Below are positions 49,672 to 61,071 of a stretch of DNA of 64,000 nucleotides, piece by piece. Source of the stretch: Gammaproteobacteria bacterium (GTDB lineage: Bacteria > Pseudomonadota > Gammaproteobacteria > UBA4575). The position numbers were made by a program, and so were the translations under genes. The notes under the pieces were generated by a model that was not told the DNA's origin, did no database searches, and saw only the letters and a list, made by a program, of their open reading frames with translations. The stretch lies in NCBI GenBank assembly GCA_965221955.1, contig CBDCTA010000029.1, positions 495,852 through 559,851 of the forward strand, read 5' to 3'. Within the stretch, counting starts at the first letter, position 1. Each line of letters begins with the position of its first letter.

Positions 49672-51540
49672 ATGGTTCCAATGAATCATTATCCGCTGTG
49701 GAAGTATCTGCTTATCATTATTATTGTAGCGGTAGCAGCTTTGTATGCCTTACCCAATTTGTATCCAAATGTCCCCGCAGTTCAAATTTCTCATGAGTCG
49801 GGAGAGCTAGCAGATACAACACTAGATGCCGTAAAAGAAGCACTCGCAAAAGATAACATTCAAATTCAAGGTGAAGACCAACAAGATGATCGTATTTTGT
49901 TGCGTTTTGAAAACACTGAACAACAACTTCAAGCTTCAGAGGCGATAAAAGATGCTTTGGATGGACAGCATGTCGTGGCATTAAATTTGGCGCCTGCCAC
50001 ACCAGCTTGGTTGAGGGCTTTAGGTGCTACCCCCATGAATCTTGGTTTAGATCTTCGTGGTGGCGTGCATTTTCTTTTGCAAGTCGACATGAAAGCCGCA
50101 AAAGAAAAAGCGATAAATAACTATGTTTCCTCATTCCGTACTACTTTGCGTGAAGCAGAACTGAGACGTTTTTCAGTATCGCAGAATAAAGGCGAGCTTA
50201 CAGTTAAGTTTAGAGATATTGAAAGTAGGGATGCAGGCTTAAAAGCATTGCAAAAAGAATATACAGATGAGTTAGTGTTTGATGAAAGTGATCAAGGTGG
50301 AGACTATTTTGTCACAGCGAAAGTCAGTGAAGATGCATTAAGAGAATTACAACGCTTAGCCATACAACAAAACATTCAAACCTTGCGTAATCGTGTGAAT
50401 GAATTGGGTGTAGCGGAACCGGTTATTCAACAACAAGGTGCCGAGCGGATAGTTGTGCAGTTGCCAGGTGTGCAAGATACTGCTCAAGCAAAAGAAATTT
50501 TAGGTGCTACGGCTACTATCGAATTTCGTTTAGTAGATGAGCAAAATGATCCATTTGCTGCGGCTGAAACCGGTCGGGTTCCTGTAGGCTCAGTACTTTA
50601 TTACGAGCGTGACAATAAAAACCCAATCCTCTTAAAACGCGAAGTCATGCTAACTGGTGATTCAATAATTGATGCCGTTTCTGGGTTTGATGAAACAGGA
50701 AGGCCTGCAGCCATTATCACTTTGGATGGCAAAGGAGCAAGTCGCTTTGCTGATGTTACAGGTGAAAACATCAAGAAGTTGATGGCGGTCGTGTTTATTG
50801 ATAATAAAGTAGTTACTGTTGAAAAAGATGGTGAAAAAGTAAGAAAAACCATTAAGACAGAAGAAGTAATTAATGTTGCCCGAATTCAAGAGCAGCTGAG
50901 TAAGCGTTTTCAAATTGAAGGTTTAGATTCAACCCATGAAGCATTAAAGCTTTCCTTGCTTTTGCGGGCAGGCGCGCTTGCGGCTCCAGTAGAAATAGTT
51001 GAAGAGCGAACAGTAGGTCCGAGTTTAGGTAAGCAGAATATTGAACTCGGTAAAAAATCAATTTTAATTGGTTTAGCTTTAGTGATGATTTTTATGCTGT
51101 TCTACTACCGCATGTTCGGGATTGCAGCAAACCTCGCGCTAGCCGCAAATCTAGTTTTGATTATTGGCATTATGTCGTTAATACCCGGTGCAACGTTAAC
51201 GCTTCCTGGTATTGCAGGGATTGTCCTCACGGTAGGTATGGCAGTGGATGCCAACGTACTGATCTTTGAGCGTATACGCGAAGAGTTAAAAAATGGTAAT
51301 TCCCCACAAGCGAGTATTCATGCCGGTTATGCTAAAGCACTTTCAACGATTGCAGACGCGAACATTACCACCTTGATTGCTGCTGTGGTGTTATTTGTTT
51401 TTGGTACCGGACCAATCAAAGGTTTTGCGGTAACGCTATCAATTGGAATTGTGTGTTCCATGTTCACTGCGATCATGGGAACACGCGCATTGGTAAATTG
51501 GTATTACGGTAGTAAAAAAACTCCATCATTGGCGATCTAA
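49672..51540 (+). CDS. secD: Protein translocase subunit SecD
   Basis: 622 aa. Large periplasmic domain plus a C-terminal six-TM RND-like bundle. secF follows. Confidence 0.9.
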   Translation: MVPMNHYPLWKYLLIIIIVAVAALYALPNLYPNVPAVQISHESGELADTTLDAVKEALAKDNIQIQGEDQQDDRILLRFENTEQQLQASEAIKDALDGQHVVALNLAPATPAWLRALGATPMNLGLDLRGGVHFLLQVDMKAAKEKAINNYVSSFRTTLREAELRRFSVSQNKGELTVKFRDIESRDAGLKALQKEYTDELVFDESDQGGDYFVTAKVSEDALRELQRLAIQQNIQTLRNRVNELGVAEPVIQQQGAERIVVQLPGVQDTAQAKEILGATATIEFRLVDEQNDPFAAAETGRVPVGSVLYYERDNKNPILLKREVMLTGDSIIDAVSGFDETGRPAAIITLDGKGASRFADVTGENIKKLMAVVFIDNKVVTVEKDGEKVRKTIKTEEVINVARIQEQLSKRFQIEGLDSTHEALKLSLLLRAGALAAPVEIVEERTVGPSLGKQNIELGKKSILIGLALVMIFMLFYYRMFGIAANLALAANLVLIIGIMSLIPGATLTLPGIAGIVLTVGMAVDANVLIFERIREELKNGNSPQASIHAGYAKALSTIADANITTLIAAVVLFVFGTGPIKGFAVTLSIGIVCSMFTAIMGTRALVNWYYGSKKTPSLAI

Positions 51541-51556
51541 GTGAATTAAGAAATCT

Positions 51557-52495
51557 ATGCAACTTTTAAAGGACAACTTAAATATTGACTTCATGGGCAA
51601 GCGAAAGCTGGCCTTGGTTTTGTCTCTAATTTTAATTGTTGTTTCAATTACTGCGATAGCAATGCGCGGGTTGAACTTAGGCATTGATTTTACTGGTGGA
51701 ACACTGGTGGAAGTAGGTTATAAAGACTCTGTTGAGCTTGAGCCGGTTAGAAAAGCGTTAGCTAGCAGTGGTTTTGATGATGTGATCGTGCAACATTTTG
51801 GTACCGCTAAAGATGTACTAATTCGTTTGCCGGTTGCTGAAAAGGATGAAGACAAATCGGCTTTGAGTAATCGAGTGTTGGATGCTTTAGCGACTACCGG
51901 TTCGCCCGAGATGCGCCGTGTAGAATTTGTAGGACCGCAAGTGGGTGATGAATTGCGGGATAAGGGTGGTTTAGCAATGTTATATGCATTAATAGGCATT
52001 CTTATTTACGTTGCATTGCGATTTGAGTGGCGTTTCTCACTAGGATCTGTGGCAGCCTTGGTCCATGATGTCATTTTAGTAGTTGGTTTCTTTGCGCTTA
52101 CTCAAGTTGAATTTGATTTAACCGTGCTAGCAGCGTTATTAGCTGTAATTGGTTATTCATTGAATGACACGATTGTGGTGTTTGATCGTATCCGTGAAAA
52201 CTTTCGGCGTTTACGTAAAGCAACGTCTGAAGGTGTAATCAATACTTCTATTAATCAGACTCTGTCCCGTACTTTGATGACATCGGTGACTACATTGTTA
52301 GTGCTTATCGCGCTATTTTTGTTTGGTGGCGAAGTCATTCATGCATTTTCCATTGCATTAATTGTAGGTGTAATTGTAGGTACCTATTCTTCTATTTATG
52401 TTGCAAGCTCATCACTGCTTGTATTAAATGTAAGTAAAGAAGATTTAATGCAGCCGGAGGTGGAGAATGCCAACGAAGACGGCAGCCAGGTATAA
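51557..52495 (+). CDS. secF: Protein translocase subunit SecF
   Basis: 312 aa with a SecF sequence (DFTGGTLVEV...). Confidence 0.9.
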   Translation: MQLLKDNLNIDFMGKRKLALVLSLILIVVSITAIAMRGLNLGIDFTGGTLVEVGYKDSVELEPVRKALASSGFDDVIVQHFGTAKDVLIRLPVAEKDEDKSALSNRVLDALATTGSPEMRRVEFVGPQVGDELRDKGGLAMLYALIGILIYVALRFEWRFSLGSVAALVHDVILVVGFFALTQVEFDLTVLAALLAVIGYSLNDTIVVFDRIRENFRRLRKATSEGVINTSINQTLSRTLMTSVTTLLVLIALFLFGGEVIHAFSIALIVGVIVGTYSSIYVASSSLLVLNVSKEDLMQPEVENANEDGSQV

Positions 52496-52497
52496 CA

Positions 52498-52626
52498 AAG
52501 AAGTCCTGATTTAAATTGATACTTCGTTAAAAATTATTCTCAATATCGTTCGTGTATGTATTAATACACGTCACTCATTTCGAAAATTTTTGTCTCGTCT
52601 CAAACTAAATCAAAACTTCTTTAGGT
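52498..52626 (+). repeat. Intergenic repeat family, copy F, between secF and suhB 3' ends
   Basis: aagaagtcctgatttaaattgata-cttcgttaaaaattattctcaatatcgttcgtgtatgtattaatacacgtcactcatttcgaaaatttttgtctcgtctcaaactaaatcaaaacttcttt. It contains a perfect 7-bp inverted repeat, cgtgtat/atacacg. Confidence 0.7.
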
Positions 52627-53481
52627 TTTGTTATTTAAGGTTTGTAAAATCAAACGAAACAATTTCGTATTTGCTGCCACTATATTTCCTGTTTCTAGGT
52701 GTGAATGACCGCCTTGCGTGTCCCCCACTAATCCACCCGCTTCTTGCACAATTAAACAGCCTGCCGCAACGTCCCAAGTGTTAAGGCCGTATTCCCAAAA
52801 TCCATCAACACGTCCTGCAGCCACATAAGCAAGATCAAGTGCTGCGGACCCGGCACGGCGTATTCCTGAAGTGTGCAACATCAATTCTTTGAGTGATGCT
52901 AAGTAACGGTCAATATTTTGATTTTCTCGAAATGGAAATCCAGTGGCGAGTAATGCGCCCTCAAAACTCGTTAATTTTGAAACTCTGATTTTACGATCAT
53001 TTAATGAAGCGCCGTTACCGCGCCCTGCACAAAATAATTCATCTTTGAAGGGGTCATAAATTACTGCAACTTCTAGTCGATCTTTATGTTTCAGAGCAAT
53101 TGAAACAGAATAGTGTGGAAAACCACGTAAAAAATTAGTTGTGCCATCAAGTGGGTCGATAATCCATTGGAATTCATCATTATTGCCACTGCAACGATTA
53201 CCACTTTCCTCGGCGAGAATGCTGTGTTGTGGGTATGCGCGGTGAATAACATTAATAATTTCTTGTTCCGCTTTGAAATCGACTTCGCTGACAAAGTCAT
53301 TTTTTTCTTTCGTTTGAATAGATAAAGAATGCACGCGTGACATATTGCGGAAAATAATTTTTCCCGCTTCACGAGCGGCTTCAATTGCAATGTTCAGAGT
53401 AGCTTGCATATAAACAGATATTATGAAATTGATCGCGCAGCATAGCATTGGCAAGTAAATTGCGTATACACTTATGTACAT
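52621..53481 (-). CDS. suhB: Inositol-1-monophosphatase
   Basis: 286 aa. IMPase motifs DPLDGT and WDVAAG. It is divergent from trmJ, as in E. coli. Confidence 0.85.
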   Translation of the reverse strand: MYISVYAIYLPMLCCAINFIISVYMQATLNIAIEAAREAGKIIFRNMSRVHSLSIQTKEKNDFVSEVDFKAEQEIINVIHRAYPQHSILAEESGNRCSGNNDEFQWIIDPLDGTTNFLRGFPHYSVSIALKHKDRLEVAVIYDPFKDELFCAGRGNGASLNDRKIRVSKLTSFEGALLATGFPFRENQNIDRYLASLKELMLHTSGIRRAGSAALDLAYVAAGRVDGFWEYGLNTWDVAAGCLIVQEAGGLVGDTQGGHSHLETGNIVAANTKLFRLILQTLNNKT

Positions 53482-53617
53482 GGAAGTACTGTATGCCGGT
53501 TTTGCACGACTGCATGGATGCAGGAGATAGAACGAAGCAGGATGCTAGAGTCGAGGAGCAAAAACCGGCGTTTTAAAAAAAGTATCTCTTCTAGCTAATT
53601 AGTAGCTACCCATAGTC

Positions 53618-54364
53618 GTGAATAAACCATATAAAATTAAAATCGTCTTGGTCGAACCATCACACCCTGGAAATATTGGGGCAGCTGCACGTGCAGCTAA
53701 GACAATGTGCATTGAAAATTTGGTGTTAGTGAAGCCAGCAGAATTTCCTAGTGGCCAAGCGCGAGCGAGAGCAACAGGTGCTTTAGATGTGCTAGAGCGT
53801 GCTGAGATATGTGATACGTTAAGTGCAGCAATTGCAGATTGCACTTTTGTGGTAGGTGCGAGTGCACGTGTTCGTGGATTACAATGTCCTGACATTGCTC
53901 CTGATGCATTGGGTGATAAAGTATGGAAAGAAGTAGAGCAGGGGAATGTAGCAATTGTGTTTGGACGAGAGAGCAGTGGGTTATCAAATGAAGAATTAGA
54001 TCAATGTCATTTCTTAACAACGATACCTGCAAACTGGGAGTTTAGTTCGCTCAATATTGCATCCGCTGTGCAAGTGATTTGTTATGAAATCTATAAGGCC
54101 TATCTAAATAAAAGTAATACTAAAAATGTTTCCGATATATCTGGTGATACGGATGAATTAGCAACCGCTGAAGAAGTTGAACACCTATTGGTACACATGC
54201 AGCAAGTATTGCAAGAGATCGAGTTTTTTGATCCTAAACAACCTAAATTGTTAATGCGCCGCTTACGACAACTTTACTGTCGTGCACGATTGTCGCGTGT
54301 AGAAACAAATATCTTGCGCGGCATTCTCAGTGCAACTCAAAAATACAAGCGTAATGCAGACTAA
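53618..54364 (+). CDS. trmJ: tRNA (cytidine/uridine-2'-O)-methyltransferase TrmJ
   Basis: 248 aa SpoU-class methyltransferase. Its position upstream of iscR is conserved. Confidence 0.8.
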   Translation: MNKPYKIKIVLVEPSHPGNIGAAARAAKTMCIENLVLVKPAEFPSGQARARATGALDVLERAEICDTLSAAIADCTFVVGASARVRGLQCPDIAPDALGDKVWKEVEQGNVAIVFGRESSGLSNEELDQCHFLTTIPANWEFSSLNIASAVQVICYEIYKAYLNKSNTKNVSDISGDTDELATAEEVEHLLVHMQQVLQEIEFFDPKQPKLLMRRLRQLYCRARLSRVETNILRGILSATQKYKRNAD

Positions 54365-54451
54365 TTTCCATATTTTTATAAAGGTTATCAATCCTGGTTT
54401 TTAAGCTCCCTACCCATGGGGATAGTGAAGCGAACAAACCGCCTATCTATA

Positions 54452-54476
54452 ATACCTGAGTAACTTACTGGGTTAT
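54452..54476 (+). promoter_or_regulatory. Putative type-1 IscR binding site upstream of iscR
   Basis: atacctgagtaacttactgggttat resembles the ATASYYGACTRwwwYAGTCRRSTAT type-1 IscR box. A second, related sequence lies at about 54481-54510. Confidence 0.4.
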
Positions 54477-54529
54477 TTGTTATACTTACAGTCTCGTAAC
54501 TGAGCGGATTTTGATAAAGGCGGTACTGT

Positions 54530-55000
54530 ATGAAACTGAGCACAAAAGGGCGTTATGCTGTGACAGCGATGTTTGATATTGCATTGCACAATCAAACGGG
54601 TCCGGTTTCCTTGTCAGATATAGCTGATCGACAAGGTATTTCATTGTCGTATTTAGAGCAATTGTTTACACGTTTACGACAGCAAGGACTGGTGAAAAGT
54701 ACACGAGGACCTGGTGGCGGCTATTCACTTGCCATCGATTCTGAACAAATTGCGATTTCAGATGTAATTGATGCCGTTGATGAAAACGTCGATGCGACAC
54801 GTTGCGGTGGTAAAGCCGATTGTCAAAACCATCAACGTTGTTTAACTCATGATTTATGGGAAAACTTGAGTGGTGAAATCAGAAGCTATCTCTCAAACAT
54901 TAGTCTAGCTCAAGCAGTGAGCGATTTAAGTGTTCGTAAAGTAGCGAGTCGTCAGGATCTGAGTAATAACCAACAAGTTCATCCTGTTGAGTTTAGTTAA
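54530..55000 (+). CDS. iscR: Fe-S cluster assembly transcriptional regulator IscR
   Basis: 156 aa. [19 protein letters not shown]... is the Rrf2 HTH. Cluster Cys residues are at about 92/98/104. Confidence 0.9.
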   Translation: MKLSTKGRYAVTAMFDIALHNQTGPVSLSDIADRQGISLSYLEQLFTRLRQQGLVKSTRGPGGGYSLAIDSEQIAISDVIDAVDENVDATRCGGKADCQNHQRCLTHDLWENLSGEIRSYLSNISLAQAVSDLSVRKVASRQDLSNNQQVHPVEFS

Positions 55001-55039
55001 GGCGAGTTTAGTTAAAAAATTTATTGAAGGTAAAGCAAA

Positions 55040-56264
55040 GTGACAGATGTAAAACTACCCATCTATTTAGATTACAGTGCGACTACGCCAGTTGATGAGC
55101 GAGTGGCACAAGCGATGATGGATTGTTTAACCAAAGAAGGTAACTTCGGTAACCCCGCATCACGCAGTCATAGCTTTGGTTGGGATGCAGACAAGGCCGT
55201 TGAAGAAGCGCGAGCTAATGTTGCGGCACTCATTAATGCTAATCCTAAAGAAATTATTTGGACCAGTGGTGCAACAGAGTCTGATAATTTAGCCATTAAA
55301 GGTGCGGCGCATTTTTATCAAAAAAATGGTAAGCATTTAATCACCTGCAAAACCGAACATAAGGCAGTTTTAGATACTTGTCGTCAGCTTGAGCGAGAAG
55401 GATTTGAGGTTACCTATTTAGAGCCGCGTAATAATGGTTTGATTGATTTAGAAGATTTAAAAGCTGCAATTCGTGATGACACCATTTTGATTTCGATTAT
55501 GCATGTGAATAATGAAATCGGAGTGATTCAGGATATTAAAGGCATTGGTGAAATCACACGCGAACGCAAAATTATTTTTCATGTGGATGCGGCGCAAAGT
55601 CCCTGGGAAAGTACCAGTTGATGTGGAAGAAATGAATGTAGATTTAATGAGCCTATCTGCACATAAAGTATATGGCCCTAAAGGTATTGGAGCTTTATAT
55701 GTTCGCAGAAAACCACGTGTACGTATTGAAGCGCAGATTCATGGTGGTGGCCATGAGCGTGGTATGCGTTCTGGTACGTTGGCTACACATCAAATTGTAG
55801 GCATGGGCGAAGCATTTCGGATCGCTAAAGAAGAAATGGCTGCAGATAACGAACGAATTTTAATGTTGCGCAATCGTTTATTAAATGGCCTTAAAGATAT
55901 GGAAGAAATCTATATTAATGGTGACCTTGAACAGCGTATTCCGGGTAACCTAAATGTTAGTTTTAACTTCGTCGAAGGTGAAAGTTTAATTATGGCGCTG
56001 AAAGATATTGCAGTGTCTTCCGGGTCTGCATGTACAAGTGCATCACTTGAGCCAAGTTATGTATTGCGCGCATTAGGACGAGATGACGAACTTGCACATA
56101 GCTCAATTCGCTTCACTATTGGTCGTTTTACAACGGTCGAAGAAGTGGATTATGCGATTGAGTTAATTAGAAAAGCGGTGATTAAATTGCGCGATCTTTC
56201 ACCTCTGTGGGATATGTATAAAGAAGGGATCGATCTTAAATCGATCGAGTGGGCCGCGCATTAA
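55040..56264 (+). pseudogene. iscS: Cysteine desulfurase IscS, split by an apparent +1 frameshift near 55601-55604
   Basis: Two overlapping ORFs (55040-55621 and 55545-56264) in different frames together span full-length IscS. The join falls at ...FHVDAAQS|(P)[21 protein letters not shown]. The frame changes in the CCC run of agtccctggg. Confidence 0.8.
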
Positions 56265-56319
56265 TTATTTTGATTTTTGATTAGGAATAATAAGTAGGAA
56301 ATATTAGGAGACGATAACC

Positions 56320-56739
56320 ATGGCATATAGTGACAAAGTACTAGATCACTACGAAAATCCACGCAACGTAGGATCTTTTGAAAAAGATGATCCCAATGTG
56401 GGCACCGGTATGGTAGGTGCACCTGCATGTGGTGATGTGATGAAATTACAAATTAAAGTAGGTAATGACGGCATAATTGAAGACGCTAAATTTAAAACCT
56501 ACGGTTGTGGCTCTGCGATTGCTTCATCTAGCTTACTTACCGAATGGGTAAAAGGTAAAACGCTAGAACAAGCGAGTGAAATTAAAAATACCGATATCGC
56601 TGAAGAACTAGCACTTCCACCAGTTAAAATTCATTGTTCAGTTTTAGCAGAAGATGCAATCAAAGCTGCTATTACTGATCTTAAATCTAAAGCTGATGGC
56701 TCAGCAGAAGATAATCAACAACAGAAGAAAATTGCTTAA
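56320..56739 (+). CDS. iscU: Fe-S cluster scaffold IscU
   Basis: 139 aa. MAYSDKVLDHYENPRNVGSF...GAPACGDVMKLQIKV is canonical IscU. Confidence 0.95.
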   Translation: MAYSDKVLDHYENPRNVGSFEKDDPNVGTGMVGAPACGDVMKLQIKVGNDGIIEDAKFKTYGCGSAIASSSLLTEWVKGKTLEQASEIKNTDIAEELALPPVKIHCSVLAEDAIKAAITDLKSKADGSAEDNQQQKKIA

Positions 56740-56748
56740 TCATTAGTT

Positions 56749-57072
56749 ATGTCTATCTCGCTAACTGAAAGTGCAGCTACACACGTAAAAAGTTATCTTG
56801 AAAAAAGAGGTAAAGGTGTTGGTGTGCGGTTAGGAGTGAAAACCACGGGCTGTTCTGGTATGGCATACACCATAGAATTTGCAGACCAAATTGAAGATGA
56901 AGATCAAGTTTTTGAAGACAAAGGCGTTAAGGTTATCGTTGACCCTAAAAGCATGGTCTATCTTGGCGGCACAGAACTCGATTTTACTCGTGAAGGATTG
57001 AATGAGGGCTTTAAGTTTACAAATCCAAACGAGAAAGAGAGATGCGGGTGTGGAGAAAGCTTCAGTGTGTGA
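56749..57072 (+). CDS. iscA: Fe-S cluster insertion protein IscA
   Basis: 107 aa with C-terminal CGCGESF. Confidence 0.9.
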   Translation: MSISLTESAATHVKSYLEKRGKGVGVRLGVKTTGCSGMAYTIEFADQIEDEDQVFEDKGVKVIVDPKSMVYLGGTELDFTREGLNEGFKFTNPNEKERCGCGESFSV

Positions 57073-57210
57073 GGAAACTTTGAATTATTCTGCCTTAGTT
57101 TAATTGTTATGGTCGTTAAAAAATAATCACAAATCGTTCATGTATATTTAATACACATCACTCATTTCGATATTTTTTGCCTCGTCTCAACCGCTTCACT
57201 AATAAATCAA
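57072..57210 (+). repeat. Intergenic repeat family, copy G (variant subfamily, like copy D), between iscA and hscB
   Basis: aggaaactttgaattattctgcc...tatggtcgttaaaaaataatcacaaatcgttcatgtatatttaatacacatcactcatttcgatattttttgcctcgtctcaaccgcttcactaataaatcaaagttccttc. Confidence 0.7.
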
Positions 57211-57272
57211 AGTTCCTTCAGCAAAACTAAATTTTTTAGATAAGTTAGAAACTTCTTTAAGACCCTAAATAA

Positions 57273-57815
57273 ATGAATATTGATCTTACTCGAAGCTATT
57301 TCGAGCTATTCGGTTTTGATGAAGATTATTCAATTGATCAAGAACAGTTAGCAGAGAAATATCGAGCCTTGCAAAGCGAATTGCATCCTGATCGCTTTGC
57401 AAACGCAAGCGATCAAGAGCGTCGTGTTTCGGTACAAAATACAGCATATGTAAACGAGGCTTATGCAACATTAAAAAGTGATTTAAAACGTGCGCATTAT
57501 TTACTGCAATTGAGTGATATTGAATTCAACGCGGATGCTGAAACATCAAGTGATGCAGAATTTTTAATGCAAACAATGGAATTGCATGAAAAAGTAGATG
57601 AAGCAAGTAGTGCAGAACAACCATTACAGGTGCTCGATAAATTGTCTATACAGTTGAAGCAAGATCAACAAAATCTTATAGAGCAATTTGCTAGTCAATT
57701 TAAGGTGGATGATATGCCTGCTGCAAAAGATACTGCTCTTAAACTACAGTTCTATGAACGCTTGACTAATCAAGTGCGTAAGCTACAAGAAAAAATAGAA
57801 GAAGAGTTGTTGTAA
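57273..57815 (+). CDS. hscB: Co-chaperone HscB
   Basis: 180 aa. J-domain with HPD (LHPDRF) and a C-terminal helical domain. Confidence 0.85.
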   Translation: MNIDLTRSYFELFGFDEDYSIDQEQLAEKYRALQSELHPDRFANASDQERRVSVQNTAYVNEAYATLKSDLKRAHYLLQLSDIEFNADAETSSDAEFLMQTMELHEKVDEASSAEQPLQVLDKLSIQLKQDQQNLIEQFASQFKVDDMPAAKDTALKLQFYERLTNQVRKLQEKIEEELL

Positions 57816-59687
57816 ATGGCGCTTTTGCAAATATCAGAACCTGGTCAATCAACAGCCCCACATGAGCATCGATTGGCAGCTGGAATTGATCTTGGTACGA
57901 CAAATTCCTTGGTTGCAACGGTGCGCAGTGGTGTAGCCGAAACACTCGCAGATGAAAACGGCGAACACCTTTTGCCTTCAGTGGTGCGCTATATAAGTAA
58001 CGATGAAATCGAGGTTGGAAAAGCCGCAATCTCACAGGCTGCGGTAGACCCATTGAATACCTTGGCATCGGTTAAACGTATCATGGGGAGGTCGGTCAAA
58101 GATCTAGCTACATTAGAAGGCTATCTTCCCTATAAATTTAGTGATGATGTCAGCAATGTACCACGTATTGAAACGATTGCAGGGCCAGTTACACCAATTG
58201 AAGTTTCAGCTGAAATCTTAAAGACTTTGCGAGAACGTGCCGAAGCGAGCTTGGGCGGCGAGTTGAAAGGCATAGTGATTACCGTACCTGCCTATTTTGA
58301 TGATGCGCAGCGCCAAGCCACTAAAGATGCAGCAACGCTAGCCGGTTTAAATGTATTTCGTTTGTTAAATGAGCCTACTGCCGCTGCGGTTGCATATGGG
58401 CTCGATCAAAAAGCAGAAGGCATCACTGCTATTTATGATTTGGGTGGTGGCACTTTTGATATTTCCATTTTAAAGCTCACCAAAGGTGTGTTTGAAGTAC
58501 TTTCCACGGGTGGTGATACCGCTCTAGGTGGTGATGATTTTGACCGCGAGATTGCTGCTTGGGTTTTAACGCAAGCCAATCTTGATGCCAGTGATGATCA
58601 TCAAATGATGCGGCGCTTGATGAAAGAGGCACGTCGCGTTAAAGAAGAGTTAAGTAATGAAGAAGAAGTGCTTATCAGTGTGAAGTTAAATTTAGAGGAT
58701 AATTTCGAAACTATATTAACTCGCCAACAATTTGAAGAACTAATTGAAGCACATATTAATAAAACTATTGCTTGGTGTCGTAAAACTATTCGCGAAGCAG
58801 GTGTTGATGCTAGTGAAGTTCAGCATGTAGTGATGGTGGGTGGTTCAACGCGTACACCTTTTGTGCGCGAAAAAGTTGCTGAGTTTTTTGGTAATCCACC
58901 GTTAATTGATATTGATCCTGATAAAGTCGTCGCGATTGGTGCAGCACTGCAGGCTGATAAACTTGCAGGTAATAATCCTGATGAAGATATGCTGTTGTTA
59001 GATGTTCTACCTTTGTCATTAGGCATTGAAACAATGGGAGAATTGGTTGAAAAAATTATCGAGCGTAATACTGTTATTCCAGTTACCCGGGCACAAAAAT
59101 TTACGACTTTTAAAGATGGGCAAACGGCAATGCGTATACACGTATTGCAGGGTGAGCGCGAAAAAGTTTCAGACTGTCGCTCGCTTGCGACGTTTGATTT
59201 AACCGGTATTCCACCTATGGTAGCAGGTGCAGCTCATATTCAAGTTACTTTCCAAGTGGATGCCGACGGCCTTCTTAGTGTTAGCGCAGAGGAACTAAGC
59301 AGTGGAGTGCGCGCAAGTGTTGAAGTGAAACCTTCGTATGGTCTTAGTGATACCGAAATTGAGACAATGTTAAAAGCTTCTTTTGAGCATGCAGAAGAGG
59401 ATATGCGAATAAGAATGCTTGCTGAGCAACAAGTAGAGGCAGATCGAGTTTTAGAAGCATTACGATCCGCTTTAGCGAAAGATGGCTCATTATTAACCGA
59501 AGAAGAGTCCGCTAAAATACAGCGAGCTAAAAGTGTTTTATTGCAAGCACGTAATGGTAATGACGAAGAGAAAATTAAACAAGCGATTAAAGCGCTTGAA
59601 AGTGACAGCGAAGAATTTATTGCACGACGTATGAATCGTAGTGTGCAGCAAGTGATGAAAGGTCACAAGCTCGAAGAATTTGAATAA
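57816..59687 (+). CDS. hscA: Fe-S protein assembly chaperone HscA (Hsp70 family)
   Basis: 623 aa with Hsp70 motifs ([17 protein letters not shown]). Confidence 0.9.
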   Translation: MALLQISEPGQSTAPHEHRLAAGIDLGTTNSLVATVRSGVAETLADENGEHLLPSVVRYISNDEIEVGKAAISQAAVDPLNTLASVKRIMGRSVKDLATLEGYLPYKFSDDVSNVPRIETIAGPVTPIEVSAEILKTLRERAEASLGGELKGIVITVPAYFDDAQRQATKDAATLAGLNVFRLLNEPTAAAVAYGLDQKAEGITAIYDLGGGTFDISILKLTKGVFEVLSTGGDTALGGDDFDREIAAWVLTQANLDASDDHQMMRRLMKEARRVKEELSNEEEVLISVKLNLEDNFETILTRQQFEELIEAHINKTIAWCRKTIREAGVDASEVQHVVMVGGSTRTPFVREKVAEFFGNPPLIDIDPDKVVAIGAALQADKLAGNNPDEDMLLLDVLPLSLGIETMGELVEKIIERNTVIPVTRAQKFTTFKDGQTAMRIHVLQGEREKVSDCRSLATFDLTGIPPMVAGAAHIQVTFQVDADGLLSVSAEELSSGVRASVEVKPSYGLSDTEIETMLKASFEHAEEDMRIRMLAEQQVEADRVLEALRSALAKDGSLLTEEESAKIQRAKSVLLQARNGNDEEKIKQAIKALESDSEEFIARRMNRSVQQVMKGHKLEEFE

Positions 59688-59714
59688 CAAGCATTGGTAC
59701 AAAGGAATTAAGCG

Positions 59715-60053
59715 GTGCCTAAAATTACATTTAAACCTCATGAAGAAATTTGCCCAGAAGGCAAAGTGATCGAGGTAGAATCTGGTATCAGTATTTGTGA
59801 TGCGGCTTTAAGTAATAAGATTGAAATAGAACATGCATGTGAGAAGTCGTGTGCGTGTACAACCTGTCATGTCTATGTGCGTGAAGGGTTAGATTCCTTA
59901 GCTGAGGCTGAAGAAAATGAGGAGGATTATCTTGATAAGGCTTGGGGTTTGGAGCCCGATTCTCGTTTGAGTTGTCAGGCGATTGTGGGTGAAGAAGATT
60001 TGGTGATTGAAATTCCAAAGTACACTATCAATATGGTTTCCGAAAACCACTGA
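59715..60053 (+). CDS. fdx: [2Fe-2S] ferredoxin (ISC system Fdx)
   Basis: 112 aa. The C....C..C...C pattern fits adrenodoxin-type Fdx. Confidence 0.9.
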   Translation: MPKITFKPHEEICPEGKVIEVESGISICDAALSNKIEIEHACEKSCACTTCHVYVREGLDSLAEAEENEEDYLDKAWGLEPDSRLSCQAIVGEEDLVIEIPKYTINMVSENH

Positions 60054-60221
60054 AAATGCGTATTTATGTCTCAATATGTCGTTGTTACAGTTTTTTCCAA
60101 TGCTCATTTACAATCTAGTAAACTGCGCTTCTCAAAAACTGTGCGCCTAATTTCGAGACAAAATCCACTATTTTCAGCGCCCTTGTTGTAACAAAGTCTC
60201 ATCATAGTCGAGGATGTAAAT

Positions 60222-60422
60222 ATGCAATTAAAATGGACGGATTCGTTGGATATAGCCATCGCTTTAGATGAAGCACACCCTGATGTGGACCCTCAATATG
60301 TGAGGTATACGGACTTACATGCCTGGATTTGTGCCCTTGAGGAATTTGATGATGAGCCTGAAGCTTCCAATGAAAAAATTCTCGAGGCGATTCAGATGGC
60401 CTGGTTGGATGAACGTGACTGA
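60222..60422 (+). CDS. iscX: Fe-S assembly protein IscX
   Basis: 66 aa. [30 protein letters not shown] is the canonical IscX/YfhJ sequence. Confidence 0.85.
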   Translation: MQLKWTDSLDIAIALDEAHPDVDPQYVRYTDLHAWICALEEFDDEPEASNEKILEAIQMAWLDERD

Positions 60423-60612
60423 TTGGCTATTTAGCCCCTCAGATAACTGGCATTTTTGCCTTCCTTTGCGAACCGCTAAAACATTGCTTCCTGCTGCTTG
60501 CTGGGAGTAGAATTCACTGAAAAATATAAGGAAAATTACGGATAAATCAATCTGTAAGCCTTATAAGTTAGATTTCATATTAATTACAACAATTATCTAG
60601 GAACATATATTT

Positions 60613-61071
60613 ATGGCAATGGAACGCACACTGTCTATCATCAAACCAGATGCAGTACTTAATAATGTGATTGGAGATGTTCAAGCACGAATAGAAAGTG
60701 CAGGGTTATCCATCATCGCCGTAAAGATGACGCGCTTAAGTAAAAAACAAGCAGCCTCATTTTATGAAATACATGAAGGAAAAGATTTTTACGAATACTT
60801 AATTAAATTTATGACCTCAGGTCCTGTAATTGTACAAGTGCTCGAAGGTGAAAATGCAATTAAGAACTATCGCAAAGTAATGGGTGCGACGATGTTTGGA
60901 AATGCAGAAAAAGGAACAATTAGAGAAAAGTATGCTACTTCAAATGCGCACAATGCGGTACATGGTTCTGATTCACCTGAAAATGCCATACGTGAAATTG
61001 CTTTCTTTTTTCCTGAACGACAAATTTATCCAAGAAAAAATTATAAGTTAACTACAGACCCAAACGCATGA
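60613..61071 (+). CDS. ndk: Nucleoside-diphosphate kinase
   Basis: 152 aa. [12 protein letters not shown]...NAVHGSDS contains the active-site His. Confidence 0.9.
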   Translation: MAMERTLSIIKPDAVLNNVIGDVQARIESAGLSIIAVKMTRLSKKQAASFYEIHEGKDFYEYLIKFMTSGPVIVQVLEGENAIKNYRKVMGATMFGNAEKGTIREKYATSNAHNAVHGSDSPENAIREIAFFFPERQIYPRKNYKLTTDPNA

